Below, in pieces: positions 1 through 12,552 of a stretch of DNA of 64,000 nt. This DNA is from Laetmonice hystrix. Taxonomy: Eukaryota. The notes under the pieces are model-generated. The model saw nothing but the letters and a program-made list of their open reading frames with translations, was not told the origin of the DNA and ran no database searches. Every line of letters begins with the position of its first letter. Within the stretch, counting starts at the first letter, position 1. Made by a program: the position numbers and the translations under genes. The DNA lies in contig OZ249436.1 of NCBI GenBank assembly GCA_965235115.1, forward strand, positions 15,688,001 to 15,752,000, in the 5' to 3' direction.

Positions 1-160
1 TGATGCCTGCCGTGTGGCGTGCCAAACCTCGTGACGCTGTGTTCGATGGCAGTAGACGTGAGTCTGTGATGGCTGCCGTGTGGCGTGCCAAACCTCGTGA
101 CGCTGTGTTCGATGGCAGTAGACGTCGATCCGTGATGCCTGCCGTGTGGCGTGCCAGACA
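1..160. repeat. ~65-bp tandem repeat (about 2.5 copies visible, truncated by window start)
   Basis: tgatg(c/g)ctgccgtgtggcgtgcca recurs at ~1, ~67 and ~133; the first two copies continue aacctcgtgacgctgtgttcgatggcagtagacgt. Confidence 0.9.
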
Positions 161-804
161 CGTCAAGTACTTACGATAAGTACCCGGGCTTCAACGGAGC
201 CGGACTGAAGAACACCGAGTAAACACACTGCTGTCTACTGGCTCAAGGAGCATTTATAAATACACACAAACTGGCGGGTTTACAGCATCTTCCAGACGAG
301 GAGAGAAATATGCTGGCAGTCACAGAAGTAACGTTTGCTTCAGGTGTTTCTCTGAAACGTTGCGCCTGACGAAGTTGTATCAATGAATTATACGAAGCCA
401 AATTTGGCTCTGGCATGACGTGGATTTTTCAAAGAGGGGGGGGGGGGCAGGGCCTCTGGAAGACTTTTGGAAGACTAAAAATGCTAGGGGGGGCTACTTC
501 CCGGAACCTGCAGATATAAATTCTAACATTTTTCAAAGAGGGTTCGTCCTCTCGACCCCCCCCCCCAGTGTAACTGTCCTATATATTCACGCAGTACAGG
601 AGAATGACTATAACCATGGAAAGTGATAGAGGGAGGGACGCCGAACGTTTTACTTTTACAGCTCTAGGCTCAGTGGTATAGTCGATTCAGTCTTGGAAAA
701 TGACGTCAGGAATCATTATTTGCTAGATAAATGCACTGCTGGATGAACAGGGTCTACCGAATACAGGAGCAAGACAACCACGTCCATTGGCCACACCAAA
801 TGCA

Positions 805-2387
805 AACTAGTGACAACGTGCCATGGGCACAGGTATCCCATTCACCTATTGAGGGTATCATAGGTCACGTGACCCCAAAAATATTGTGCCAAAGGAAAGA
901 TGACTTCCTATTAGTGTTTAATAGTGACTATGGCTCTATCTTCAACCATTTACTAGTTATAGCCCTTGGAAAATATAGGTCAGCTCCTTATGACGTCATT
1001 AGTTCACGTGACCTGAAAAATAAAGCTGTATAATGAAAGATCATATATGACTTCCTATTAGTGTTTAATAGTAACTATGGCTCTATCTTGAACCATTTAG
1101 AAGTTATAGCCCTGAGAAAATATAGGTGACCTCCTTATGACGTCATAGGTCACGTGACCTAAAAAATAAAGGTGCACAATGAAAGAGGATATATGACTTC
1201 CTATTTGTGTTTAATAGTAGCTATGGCTCTATCTTCAACCATTTCCTAGTTATAGCCCTTGGAAAATCTAGGTGACCTCCTTATGACGTCATAGGTCACG
1301 TGACCTGAAAAATAATGGTGGCAAATGAAAGAGCATAATGACTTCCTATTAGTGTTCAATAGTAACTATAGCTCTATCTTCAACCATTTACAAGTTATAG
1401 CCCTGGTAAAATACAGGTCACATCCTTAACATCATCAGGTCACGTGACCTGAAAATAAAGCTGTATAATGAAAGATCATATATGACTTCCTATTCGTGTT
1501 TAATAGTAACCTTGACTGTATCTTCAACCATTTAGAAGTTATAACCCTGACAAAATATAGGTGACCTCATGATGACGTCATAGGTCACGTGACCTGAAAA
1601 ATAATGGTGGCAAATGAAAGAGCATATATGACTTCCTATTAGTGTTTAATAGTAACTAAGGCTCTATCTTCAACCATTTACAAGTTATAGCCCTGGGAAA
1701 ATATAGGTAATCTAGGTATGACGTCATAGGTCACGTGACCTGAAAAATAAAGGTGCATAATGAAAGAGGATATATGACTTCCTATACGTGTTCTATAGTA
1801 ACTTTGCCTCTATCTTGGACCGTTCTTGAGTTATATCCAAATACCGACTTCTGACCAGTTTTCCTCAACTTTGAGGTCACGTGACTCGCTTAATATAGGT
1901 CAGATCGCTTATTCCCGACGTTCCTGAACTGAGCCCACTGATGTTCTTCCATGAGTTCAGTTTCATTGAATTTCTTTTAAATTTGAGGGAGTTGAAAAGA
2001 TTTAAGTGATTTCTTTATTTTGACCTAGTTCTCATATGGGTCAAAGGTCAAAGGTCAAAGTGCCCCCTATAATTATACTAGCCACCTGTCCAATAATGAT
2101 GATGGCAATGGTTTTTAAAAAAGTCTAATTTACCATGAAATACAGTACTATATATCTGGAACCGTTTTTACGTCATTACGTCATGACGTTACGTCATATG
2201 ACGTCATGGGTCAAATGGTCAACTTACCTTACCATGGCCAACCTATGTGCCAAGTTTCATTGAGATATCTTGAAAAACAATACCAAAGTTAACGGAACTA
2301 CTACTACTACTACGGGAATAATAAAAAGGAAGATGAAACCATACAATTTCAAAATCCCATTCACCTAGAAGGTGAATGGGATAATAA
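805..2387 (-). mobile_element. Non-autonomous Helentron/HINE (DINE-1-like) element with internal tandem array
   Basis: Subterminal IR tatcccattcacct (834-847) matches the hairpin atcccattcacct-aga-aggtgaatgggat (2354-2382). Short palindrome gtgccatgggcac (818-830) lies next to a CTAG terminus (807-810). (CTA)n microsatellite at ~2298-2313, central tandem array, A-rich flanks. This is the known HINE layout. Confidence 0.75.
860..1885. repeat. ~146-bp tandem array (~7 units) inside the HINE
   Basis: ggtcacgtgac-like motif recurs at ~863, 1003, 1148, 1294, 1438, 1583, 1729 and 1874, with shared gacttcctatt...tatcttcaaccattt blocks. Confidence 0.95.
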
Positions 2388-4262
2388 AGACACATTATGC
2401 AAAACGCTCTTTTTGAAGGCAGCTTGCCGCTGGGCACGAATGTCCACCCCGAGGTATCAATGATGATGTCAGTATACCAGCCATAGCGGGGGTCATTCAT
2501 GGGATCGGTGTACGTCGGATTTTTTAGAAGTGACCGATTTCTGTTTCAGTGTTACTAAATAGGAAATGGTCGGTCAAAAGGGCAAAAGGTCGGACGTAAA
2601 TTGGACCTGTAAATCATGACAGTGATGGTAAAACAGGTATTTTCATGTTCACATAGCACGACGTTCCAACCTTACAGTGTCAACATCGTTTTAAAGGGGT
2701 TAGCGTCGCGTGCCGAACGGGTATCACCCCAGGAGGGTACGACGCCCCTTCCTGGTTCCTGAAGGTGTCAACTTGAGGCTACGAGTCACGAGTGTGTCAA
2801 AAGATGGGGCCTCGCCCCAATCACCGTGTTAACGGTGGCTTCATCTTGCCGTACGAGAACACATCTCAATGGGCTCTGGCTAATGAAGTCATTTGTTTCA
2901 TTGACCTTCCAACCCGACGCGTTATTTGCTAGATAACGCAGAAAGTAGGCCGACAGCTTTTTCTATACATGGACTCCTTTCATACTGGAAACCGTGTGCA
3001 ATCAGAGATTTCTCCGTTGGAGTAGCTAGCTATATGACCTCACAAACCAACTAAGAGTAACGGAACTGTACCGGCCATCACACCGCCTGTAAAATGGCGT
3101 GGGTTACTTCCTCATTCTCACGGTATGAGATAAACAATTATATTTCCTGAGGATGTAGCTCAGTAAAAGAACACATGCATGTAAACTAGATCTTAAGCAA
3201 GTTCTTCTCAGCAAAATCTTATTCAAAGGCAATTGCAGGTGTCTTCGTCGGCATCTGTATTAATGAAATGATTCAATATTACTTCTTCTTCGCCCGTATC
3301 TAGTAAGGGCATGATTCTATTTGCAATTAAAATCCCAGTGGTTAATTCCCTTTATCAAAAATGACTTGTCAAATAATCTTTCCCGGCAACAAAACTCATC
3401 TCCTAAATTATGTGAATTGTATTTCTGGCTGGCAGAACATCTCCTTAAATCTCCTCAATCAATGCTGTTGGGTAACGAACGCATTGCCATGCACACCAAA
3501 ACAAGAGCCAAGTTGAAGCAAAATTATGACATCTACTCAACACCATATTTTAGTCATATGAAAAGTTCAGATTTCAATAATACATGATAAAATGATAGTA
3601 TATGAACGTATCATGATTATTATACAGAATATATTGATAAGTCCAGTTAGCCAGACAGTAACTGTGTGTAATCCAATGTCAACCCTCTATAACATAAAGG
3701 ACGCAGCCACAGACGTTCCACTAGCGCTGGCAGATGGCTAGAACAGCCCCCTGCCCTCTTTTCAAGAGCAGGTGGATCATTCATCTTTATTAGTTCTCTA
3801 CTGAGGCATCACCAAGTCGTCTTTAATTTCCTTGACGAACATGGCGACATATTTAAAGTTTCTAAGTGAAAATAAATAATCATTATAAGCTTCCAATGAA
3901 TGATAAATACTCCTACTTAAATGATCACCTGGTTATTGGCAAACATTCTAAAGATCGTAGTTATTTTCTTGTCGCACATTCCCCTCCCCGTTCAAAGTTG
4001 GGGGGGGGGGGATTCCCTCCCCGTTCAAAGTTTGGGGGGGGGGGGGGTCAGTGTGACGGATGACGTGTGGCTAGACGACTGAGGACTTTAGTGGGGAAGT
4101 TTCGTCAAGAACTTCTTCTCCCGGCGGCTGGAGTGAACGAATCGAATGAACTAACTTGTCCGACAGCAACTCCCTGAGGAGGGGAGGGTAGGCATGTCAG
4201 CGACAGTCTGCGACCAGGAAAACGTCACCGGCACACACACACAATGGACACGTCATGCTTAA

Positions 4263-5040
4263 AGGTAATTCGGCACAAAATTCAGGTTACCAAATAAATC
4301 GAATTGAAAAGATACCCCGACTGTTTTTCTATCACTTGAGCACGACGCTATGGACAGGTATATTTCCTTTGGTTAAATATCAAATAATAAAATAGAAGCA
4401 TGAGATTCTGTGGGACCTACGTAACATTCATAAGTCCGGGTAGGTTTCGTATACTTCAGGCAAAACAAAATGAATGGCATATATTTGAGTCAAGGTATAT
4501 GAAATCCGCGGATAAGGAATTGGGCGAACCATATTGCATTATGCAAAAAGGTCCGGACGACCATATTGCACGGGGACCATCCTCCATGCGACACCGGCCC
4601 TGGGCTTGGGGTGGCGCGCCCAGTGAGGCTCCGGTCAAGTCCACGCGGGGCTGGTGGCGGACGCGCTGATCTCGGCAATCCCTAGCGTCTCCTCATCACT
4701 ATCGATGGGTTTCCGTCTAGGTTTTAATAAATATGGCTGTAAGCTGTAAACATTCCCATGGAATTCATATTCGCTATCTTCCGAGTCCCCCAACGACGCC
4801 ATCTTTGTATGTGTGTAGGTTTTAGTTCCTCCCAACCTAGGGAGCAGTCGTGTTGTGATTGGTCAGACACTGTGATGTCAAATAAGCAGACGCTATGGCG
4901 GCATCCACACGCTGAGCAGGCTCCGGCACTAAAATGCTTATATCTGAACTATTTGAGCACCAATTGTTTTCAAATCTTTTCTAATTTGCCTAAAATTTCA
5001 GTGGCCTGGCCATGTACCCAATGGGGGAAGCCTTTTCTTT
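4263..5040. mobile_element. Degenerate TTAA-flanked, Kolobok-like non-autonomous element
   Basis: Begins TTAA|AGG at 4259. The internal minus-strand ORF (4635-4835) MASLGDSEDSEYEF..LQPYLLKP resembles the acidic QPY.FEP N-terminus of P2X7-like/KolX proteins. Right end is poorly matched. Confidence 0.4.
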
Positions 5041-6126
5041 TAAATATACCTGTGTTTTTTGTTTACATCGGGCTTCGTAGAGGATGCTGTATTATCTGTA
5101 TGACAAAATAATATTGTAACAGTTGTATGGAAAAACTCCATTTTACATCCAAGGATACAGTGGTTCAGAACCGCTAGATTAATTGAACGCTGGAAGCCTT
5201 ATCCCTTCCATTCATGACAAGTGATTCCATAATTGGTTTACGAGTGGGCATTTATCTCTGGCAATTAATCATCCTACTATAACAGGAAAGAACAGTCTGT
5301 CGACTGAAGCACCTTCACAAGTCCGGCTGATGGGTGTTCCTAACCAAACTGTTTCTCTTCAATATTGATTCACCCGGCTTTTACAATCAGCGGAACCCCC
5401 CCCCCCCCATCGGCGATGTTGTGTGATTGCCCAGCACGGAAAGTTAGTTTTGCTTTTGGAAGTCATTAGCTTGAGTGAACTATAGGGGCCTATACAAAAT
5501 GGCCAGGTAGACTCTATTGCCTATACACTCGAATTATACCCTCGTCGTATGTTTGCATTCCTAAAGCTCTTTTGACAGTTTTGTTGAATGTAGGACTTCT
5601 GTTCATCATGTCCACTCATGATGCGATGTATGTAATCTAAATAGGTCAAATACTCAAATTAAATACTCAAATTATTTAAAATGAGTATATAATTAGGAGG
5701 CAATATGTCCAGGCAATGTATTTTTCATCACTTCAACTGTGATTGCCGTTTCGTAATATTGTTTTGTCATCGGCCTATCAAGAAATGTTATCTGAGGTTC
5801 AAAATGGAAAGCTGAAATCACATCTTATTAAGTCGATGTGCAAACGGATAATTAAAAAAGATAAAGCGGTGAAGATTAAACGTTGTATTGTCACATGAAG
5901 AAACATCTATAATAAATGAGTTTAAAAAAAGCGACATCCTACTTCATCTACGGGGGTGCTGCCTTCAAACGGCAGCTGCCGCTTTCAAAGTTTATTCCCA
6001 GAGCACTCAGGTCACCAAGGGTCAGAACCAGCCAGCAGTTTTGAACACTGAGGTTAACACATGCCATTTTGTACAATACTAGATACTATACAGGCCCGTA
6101 ATTTCCATCAAATTATTGAGGGGGCT

Positions 6127-6736
6127 TGTTCCGGCTAGATACGTCCGAACGGCTAGTTATGTCCGATAAGAGATATGTCCGCAAACATCAGCTAGATATG
6201 TCCGAAGAAATGGATATGTCCGCAAATATCAGCTAGATGTGTCCGGTACCGGACACATCTAGCTGACATTTGCGGACATATCCAGATTACCGGACATATC
6301 TAGCTGACATTTGCGGACATATCCAGATTACCGGATACATCCAGCTGGGGAACTACCTACTAGTCCGGGGGCCACTAGTCCGAGGGTTCACTAGTCCGAA
6401 GTTGACAGTAGGCAATGGCAGGGGAACATGGGGCAAATAGGGGTTAACCTCAGGGGGGCGTTAATCCGTCAGCCCAGTGGTGACAGACCAATCCCCTATA
6501 TGGGTTAGAGTTAAGGTTAGGTTTAGGGTTAGTTATATTTAGTTTTTGGGTTAGGGTTGCCTATTGCCCACTTCGGACTAGTGAACCCTCGGACTGGTGA
6601 ACTTTCGGACTAGTGAACCCTACCCTCTAGTTGATATTTGCGGACATATCCGGGTTACCGGACATATCTAGCTGATATTTGCGGACATATATCCTCTCGG
6701 ACATAACTAGCCGTTCGGACATATCTAGCCGGAACA
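6127..6736. mobile_element. Ginger-like MITE (TGT...ACA) with 5-bp TSD
   Basis: TIRs tgttccggctagat... / ...atctagccggaaca built from repeated gatatgtccg/cggacatatc units; direct repeat GGGCT on both sides (6122-6126, 6737-6741). Confidence 0.8.
6347..6626. mobile_element. Small MITE nested in the Ginger-like element
   Basis: actagtccg repeats at left and cggactagt repeats at right; internal degenerate ttaggg-like tract (~6502-6558). Confidence 0.7.
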
Positions 6737-7951
6737 GGGCTCGACGACCAAGGTTCTCCCCGGTAAAGTATTGGATAATTATTAGGTATAACACTGGAAA
6801 TATTGGGGGGAGGGGCTTAAGCCCCCTAGCCCCCCCCCCAATTCCGGCCCTGCTATACTCCACACGGCCCGTAATGATTATAACACACAATAAAAGGAGA
6901 AGCTTTGATTCATATGGCGGAAGATTGGTGGATATCTAAACTAAAGGAGAAGCACCAAAAGGTCGAACGTGGACTGTACCATAGACTCTAGGTCTATGAC
7001 TGTACGAACCGGCCAGGTGGGGCACGGAATCAATACAGTCGTCCACTTTACAGGAAGAAGTATAATATGGGGACCTCCACCGAGTACCTTAGGCTGATAG
7101 AAATTGCACATGCACTATATCATCATGGGGACGACGAAAATCACAGGTCATCGTCTAGAGCAGAATCCCCCATTTATCGCTATCGAGCGCTTTGAACAAC
7201 GACCAGCAGGACATAAACGAGCTTTCGTGGGAGAATATTCGATCTTCACAGTAGGTGGTCATCAGAGGCTGACGTGGTATCTGGACATTTGAAGAACGGG
7301 TCTGGACGGAGTCTGTCTGTCAGTATACTACAGTATCCCACGGCAGCAGACGAACATCGTATTTAGATAACCCGGACTCCGACTCCGGCCGGTAGAGGGA
7401 GCCACGTGCTCCTTTTTACGTCCGGCCCAAGTGGCGCGTGCATCCACTCCGAACTTCCAAACACTTGCGGTGCTGGCTGCAGACAGCAGATGGTTCGGTT
7501 CCGACTGGTAAAGGGCCTCCTTCCTCGACTTCAGGCCGAGTCGAAAACGAAACATCACGCGTTAACGGGAAAAACTGTGGGAGGTAATTATAATCAGGCG
7601 GCAGGAATAATGATGGTCCGAATTAGTTCGACGTTGTAATTTATTTTTTTCATTAAAAGAAGTAAGCAAACTTTGCGAGATTTCCGCCGAGAGCATATAA
7701 ATATGAGATCCACAACTAATCATTGACTTCTCTCCGGCGTAATGGCCGAGTATCAGTTGAACCCCAGACGAGATACTAACCTCCTATGACATGGCATGTT
7801 CACGAGTGATGGCAGTTCCCAATTTGTGAACTTATTGAAGATGAAAGGTGAGGTCCCGCTGAGGATGTAAACTGGCTGAACCCACTCAAATAGCCACCCC
7901 TGCTAGATAGTGGAGAGAAATACATCATCATAACGAACAGGTCATACGACT

Positions 7952-8020
7952 AGCTGGTTCCCTGCTCCTCATTGGAAATATAGATATCTCCTATAGAGGA
8001 GTCAGAGGCAGGGAACCAGC
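7952..8020. repeat. Mini inverted repeat flanked by a direct repeat (probable MITE remnant)
   Basis: gctggttccctgc ... gcagggaaccagc, with caggtcatac at 7938-7947 and 8021-8030. Confidence 0.55.
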
Positions 8021-10044
8021 CAGGTCATACCAACGTCGCGCTGTTTCCAAACGTAAACTCTGCGGGCTGTAGGCTCCGATATTGGAGTCCTACTATCCGT
8101 TTCATTTTTCTGATCATCATATTTATACATCATATATAGCTGTGAAAGATCTGTTATATCTCGTCGTTATATACTCGGGATATGCCTTTAATGATAGATT
8201 GAAGATATGTAAATATGTTTATATTACTGAGTATAGGAATCGCCGTTTCTTGAACAGACCTATACCAGGCTGTGTATAGGAGATGACTCCAGGCAATATT
8301 TCAGCGGTTATACTTGGTCGGAAGACAAATACCCTCAGTAGAAGTGCCCATCGAGAAACTGACTTTGTACATAATCCAGGAAGATAGTACTTCTATTTTT
8401 TAGGATTATACCCAGGGCACTTCACGGAAGGATATTCCTTTTAACATACTTGGTTTAAGTATCTTTTCTATCCTGCATGGTGAAAATACTTGGATCACTC
8501 CAAGCTTGGCCTGGATTACTGCCTAACCCCCGTGCTATCTGGTCATAATGTTATATGGAGGGCATATCAAAACAGCGAAAACGATCGGCAATAACAACTG
8601 TGATGAAAACTGACAGAGTTGAAAGTCTCGATAAAAATAGTTGTTGGGGTAGGGGTGGGGGGTGGGGGTAACACCCTTGGTAAACTACCTGCGATCGCCA
8701 GTCATGTCGTCCAGTTGTTGGGGAGATGCCTCACTGAGCCTCCTCCACTTGAAGATAGCTAGATTTTCCTCCTCGAGTAGCTCGATGATGGATTGCCAAT
8801 AGTGGAGCCTGCTGTGGTGAATGGGCCCTCAGTTATTCCATTATGTGTAATAGGACACAGCACGTCAATGCGGGACCATTGAATGCATTACTTCAAGTAG
8901 CAGCGCCATTGCCAACGTCGAAAGTTGTCACTCGCAATCAGAAAGCATGATTACCATCACCACCGTTCTGAGCGCAGTAACGAGGTCAAAGTTCGAAGAT
9001 CAGATGTCAGTTCAGAGAATCGAATGCAGTTCGTTATAGTAGCGTACGAACCGTATAGAGGGTTCTATTCATAATCATGTCCCGAATAATGGCGATGAAA
9101 ACCGATATAGTGAGTGAGGGAAAGGACACGCAACGATGGCCGTCAAGTGATAGTCGTGTTGCTCACGTGATTTCCTTTACCCTGCGGCCCAAGGCGGGTG
9201 TCAAGTCTATATAAGATGTACACATTAACTCGCAGCGGGATTCTGAGCAGATCGACAAATGTCGAAAAAATCCACATATCGGTCTTCGATACTGCAGTCA
9301 AAGCAGGTGTAAGTGTAAGGGAACAATTTTGAAAATCATATTTGCAGAGAAATGTGCCTGTCCGAGCATTCCACAAACTTTATAATTCATGTTTATTCAA
9401 GGAATACGGAAATTGTTTGGTATCGTCTGCAATACAAGAATTTACATACGGGTTCAATTTCGACTGTGTGTTGACTGTATAGCATAATGTGCGTAACTTT
9501 CAGATCATGATGATAGAGAAATAATGAGAAATCTTTCCTCTTTTCGGACACTCCTACAGTGATGCATTCATCTGATTTATTATATCTATCCTGATTCTGC
9601 AACGTTGGGAGCCTTTCAGGGAATGTATGACATGTTCAGATATCATTTACCTAAAGATCCAGCTACACAGACCGATTTACGGCCGATTGTGAGATACGGC
9701 CAATTTTTCTCTATAGTTTTCCTATGGAGAAATCGGTGTGTGTATCTGGGCTATGCACCACCCTTCCTGACACGAAAACATCGACTTGTTAAATGAACGA
9801 ATTGGATAGCTCCGTTTTCGACGTGTTAAACGAATTAGCATTGTGTTCTTTTGGGTCGATTTTCCAAGAGGACCGACCAGATATCGCTCCAGCTCGCCAC
9901 GTGATGGATCAGAATCCCCATAGCTTTATTTACTGCCAGAATTAGGTGTCAGAATTTACAACGAGCCAATGTAATTCGATACCTGACAACACACAGAGAT
10001 AAAACAGCAACAGCGAGCAGATTGATTAATATCTCATGTGGACA

Positions 10045-11352
10045 CGTCAGAGAAGTCGCACAGCTTGTAGAGAGTAAAATAATCGGGTATACCTGGCCCG
10101 TCTGGTTGTACACCCGGGTAACGGACAGAGAAAGTACCTGAGAACGTCAGAGAAGTCGGACAGCTTGTAGAGAGTACAATAATCGGGTATACCTGGCCCC
10201 TCTGGTTGTACACCCGGGTAACGGACAGAGAAAGTACCTGAGAACGTCAGAGAAGTCGCACAGCTTGTAGAGAGTAAAATAATCGGGTATACCTGGCCCG
10301 TCTGGTTGTACACCCGGGTAACGGACAGAGAAAGTACCTGAGAACGTCAGAGAAGTCGGACAGCGTGTAGAGAGTACAATAATCGGGTATACCTGGCCCG
10401 TCTGGTTGTACACCCGGGTAACGGACAGAGAAAGTACCTGAGAACGTCAGAGAAGTCGGACAGCATGTAGAGAGTACAATAATCGGGTATACCTGCCCGC
10501 TCTGGTTGTACACCCGGGTAACGGACAGAGAAAGTACATGAGAACGTCAGAGAAGTCGCACAGCTTGTAGAGAGTACAATAATCGGGTATACCTGGCCCC
10601 TCTGGTTGTACACCCGGGTAACGGACAGAGAAAGTACCTGAGAACGTCAGAGAAGTCGGACAGCGTGTAGAGAGTACAATAATCGGGTATACCTGGCCCG
10701 TCTGGCTGTACACCCGGGTAACGGACAGAGAAAGTACCTGAGAACGTCAGAGAAGTCGGACAGCATGTAGAGAGTACAATAATCGGGTATACCTGCCCGC
10801 TCTGGTTGTACACCCGGGTAACGGACAGAGAAAGTACATGAGAACGTCAGAGAAGTCGCACAGCTTGTAGAGAGTACAATAATCGGGTATACCTGGCCCC
10901 TCTGGTTGTACACCCGGGTAACGGACAGAGAAAGTACCTGAGAACGTCAGAGAGGTCGGACAGCGTGTAGAGAGTACAATAATCGGGTATACCTGCCCGC
11001 TCTGGTTGTACACCCGGGTAACGGACAGAGAAAGTACATGAGAACGTCAGAGAAGTCGGACAGCATGTAGAGAGTACAATAATCGGGTATACCTGCCCGC
11101 TCTGGTTGTACACCCGGGTAACGGACAGAGAAAGTACATGAGAACGTCAGAGAAGTCGCACAGCTTGTAGAGAGTACAATAATCGGGTATACCTGGCCCC
11201 TCTGGTTGTACACCCGGGTAACGGACAGAGAAAGTACCTGAGAACGTCAGAGAGGTCGGACAGCGTGTAGAGAGTACAATAATCGGGTATACCTGCCCGC
11301 TCTGGTTGTACACCCGGGTAACGGACAGAGAAAGTACATGAGAACGTCAGAG
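10045..11352. repeat. 100-bp tandem array, 13 units, with 3-unit higher-order pattern
   Basis: Exact 100-bp period (acgtcagagaagtcg...aaagtacctgaga); the ORF track repeats at 100-bp offsets. Confidence 0.98.
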
Positions 11353-11677
11353 CGTTTGATTGACATGTCCATCTCGTTTAGAAAATATAGGCCTTGTATC
11401 ACTGCAATTCTCCAGTATCAAATTCGGCTTTCGTATTGAGGAGAGGTAATTTTCTCGTCCTCCTGTCGAGAAAATATCCTGTCATGAATCTGTACCGCTC
11501 ACTGTCCATCGCAAAGTAAACTGGAATTTCACATCGTTGTCCCTGTCTCGTCTAATTGCTAAAACAATGCGAAATGTCAGCATGTATATATACACGGCAT
11601 GCAGTGACCGACCGTGCCGTCTTGATCATGTTACTATCGTGCATAGCGGTCTTTTTCATTTAATTATCGAAAACTCA

Positions 11678-11753
11678 AGAGATAGAGAGAGAGATAGAGA
11701 GAGAAAAGAAAGAAGAGAGAGAGATGAGAGAGAGACAGAGAGACAGAGACAGA
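11678..11753. repeat. Degenerate (AG)n/(AGAGAC)n microsatellite
   Basis: Direct reading. Confidence 0.9.
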
Positions 11754-12116
11754 GCATTTTGATTTAATTTGGAGCCCCAAAAAAGAGGAACAGATCGATG
11801 TACACAAATATAAATCGACTATTGCTGGGAACGTTTAACGGAAATACCTCGAAACGTGGAAAAGCTACAAACAAATGGTGTATTAGGTGGACCTTCTTAA
11901 AAGAAGATACCGCGGCTAGTAAAAGGACTTCAAAAGGATACAAATAAATGGCCTTTAACTATTTTATTCTTTCTATTAGTGACATGTGCCTGCAAGCAAA
12001 TTTTGTACATTAACGTTTTGGGGTGCCCATTTTAGGGGAAATATCATAAAAACACTAGAAACTATAGGGGCCTACCCCCTGGAAAGATTCGGCGAGGAAC
12101 ACCCCGCAGGTGATTC

Positions 12117-12552
12117 GTACCGGGAGGTACTGCTTATTGAATGGTGTACGGGTCCTGACTTCTACCGGGAGGTACTGCTTATTGAATGGTGTTTTGGTGA
12201 TGTGGTCTTTCATTGAAATTGATTGATAAACAAATGGTGTACGGGTCCTGACTTCTACTGGTAGGTACTGCTTATTGAATGGTGTACGGGTCCTTACCGC
12301 TACGGGGAGGTACTGCTTATTGAATGGTGTACGGGTCCTGACTTCTACCGGGAGGTACTGCTTATTGAATGGTGTACGGGTCCTGACTTCTACTGGGAGG
12401 TACTGCTTATTGAATGGTGTACGGGTCCTTACCGCTACAGGGAGGTACTGCTTATTGAATGGTGTACGGGTCCTGACTTCTACCGGACGTACTGCTTATT
12501 GAATGGTGTACGGGTCCTGACTTCTACTGGGAGGTACTGCTTATTGAATGGT
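12117..12552. repeat. 42-bp minisatellite (~9 units, one interruption)
   Basis: gggaggtactgcttattgaatggtgtacgggtcctgacttctac(c/t) repeated. Confidence 0.95.

Larger units (their letters stand above)
6091..6852. mobile_element. hAT-like MITE (outer layer of a nested set)
   Basis: Termini caggcccgtaatt ... aattccggccctg; ggggcttaagcccc hairpin near the right end; no clean 8-bp TSD. Confidence 0.55.

Noticed and set aside
330..385. Hammerhead ribozyme (ctgacga near gaaac)
   Set aside because: I could not form stems I-III around the core motifs here or at other CTGANGA sites inspected.
6500..6560. True telomere or chromosome-fusion scar
   Set aside because: Short, degenerate and enclosed within MITE inverted repeats.
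8690..8830. Minus-strand exon or retroelement tail (HYWQSIIELLEEENLAIFKWRRL)
   Set aside because: Protein-like but short, with no identifiable family and no supporting splice context.
10047..11313. Eleven 88-aa ORFs as a gene cluster
   Set aside because: Artefact of translating a 100-bp tandem repeat; the ORFs overlap and mostly use GTG starts.
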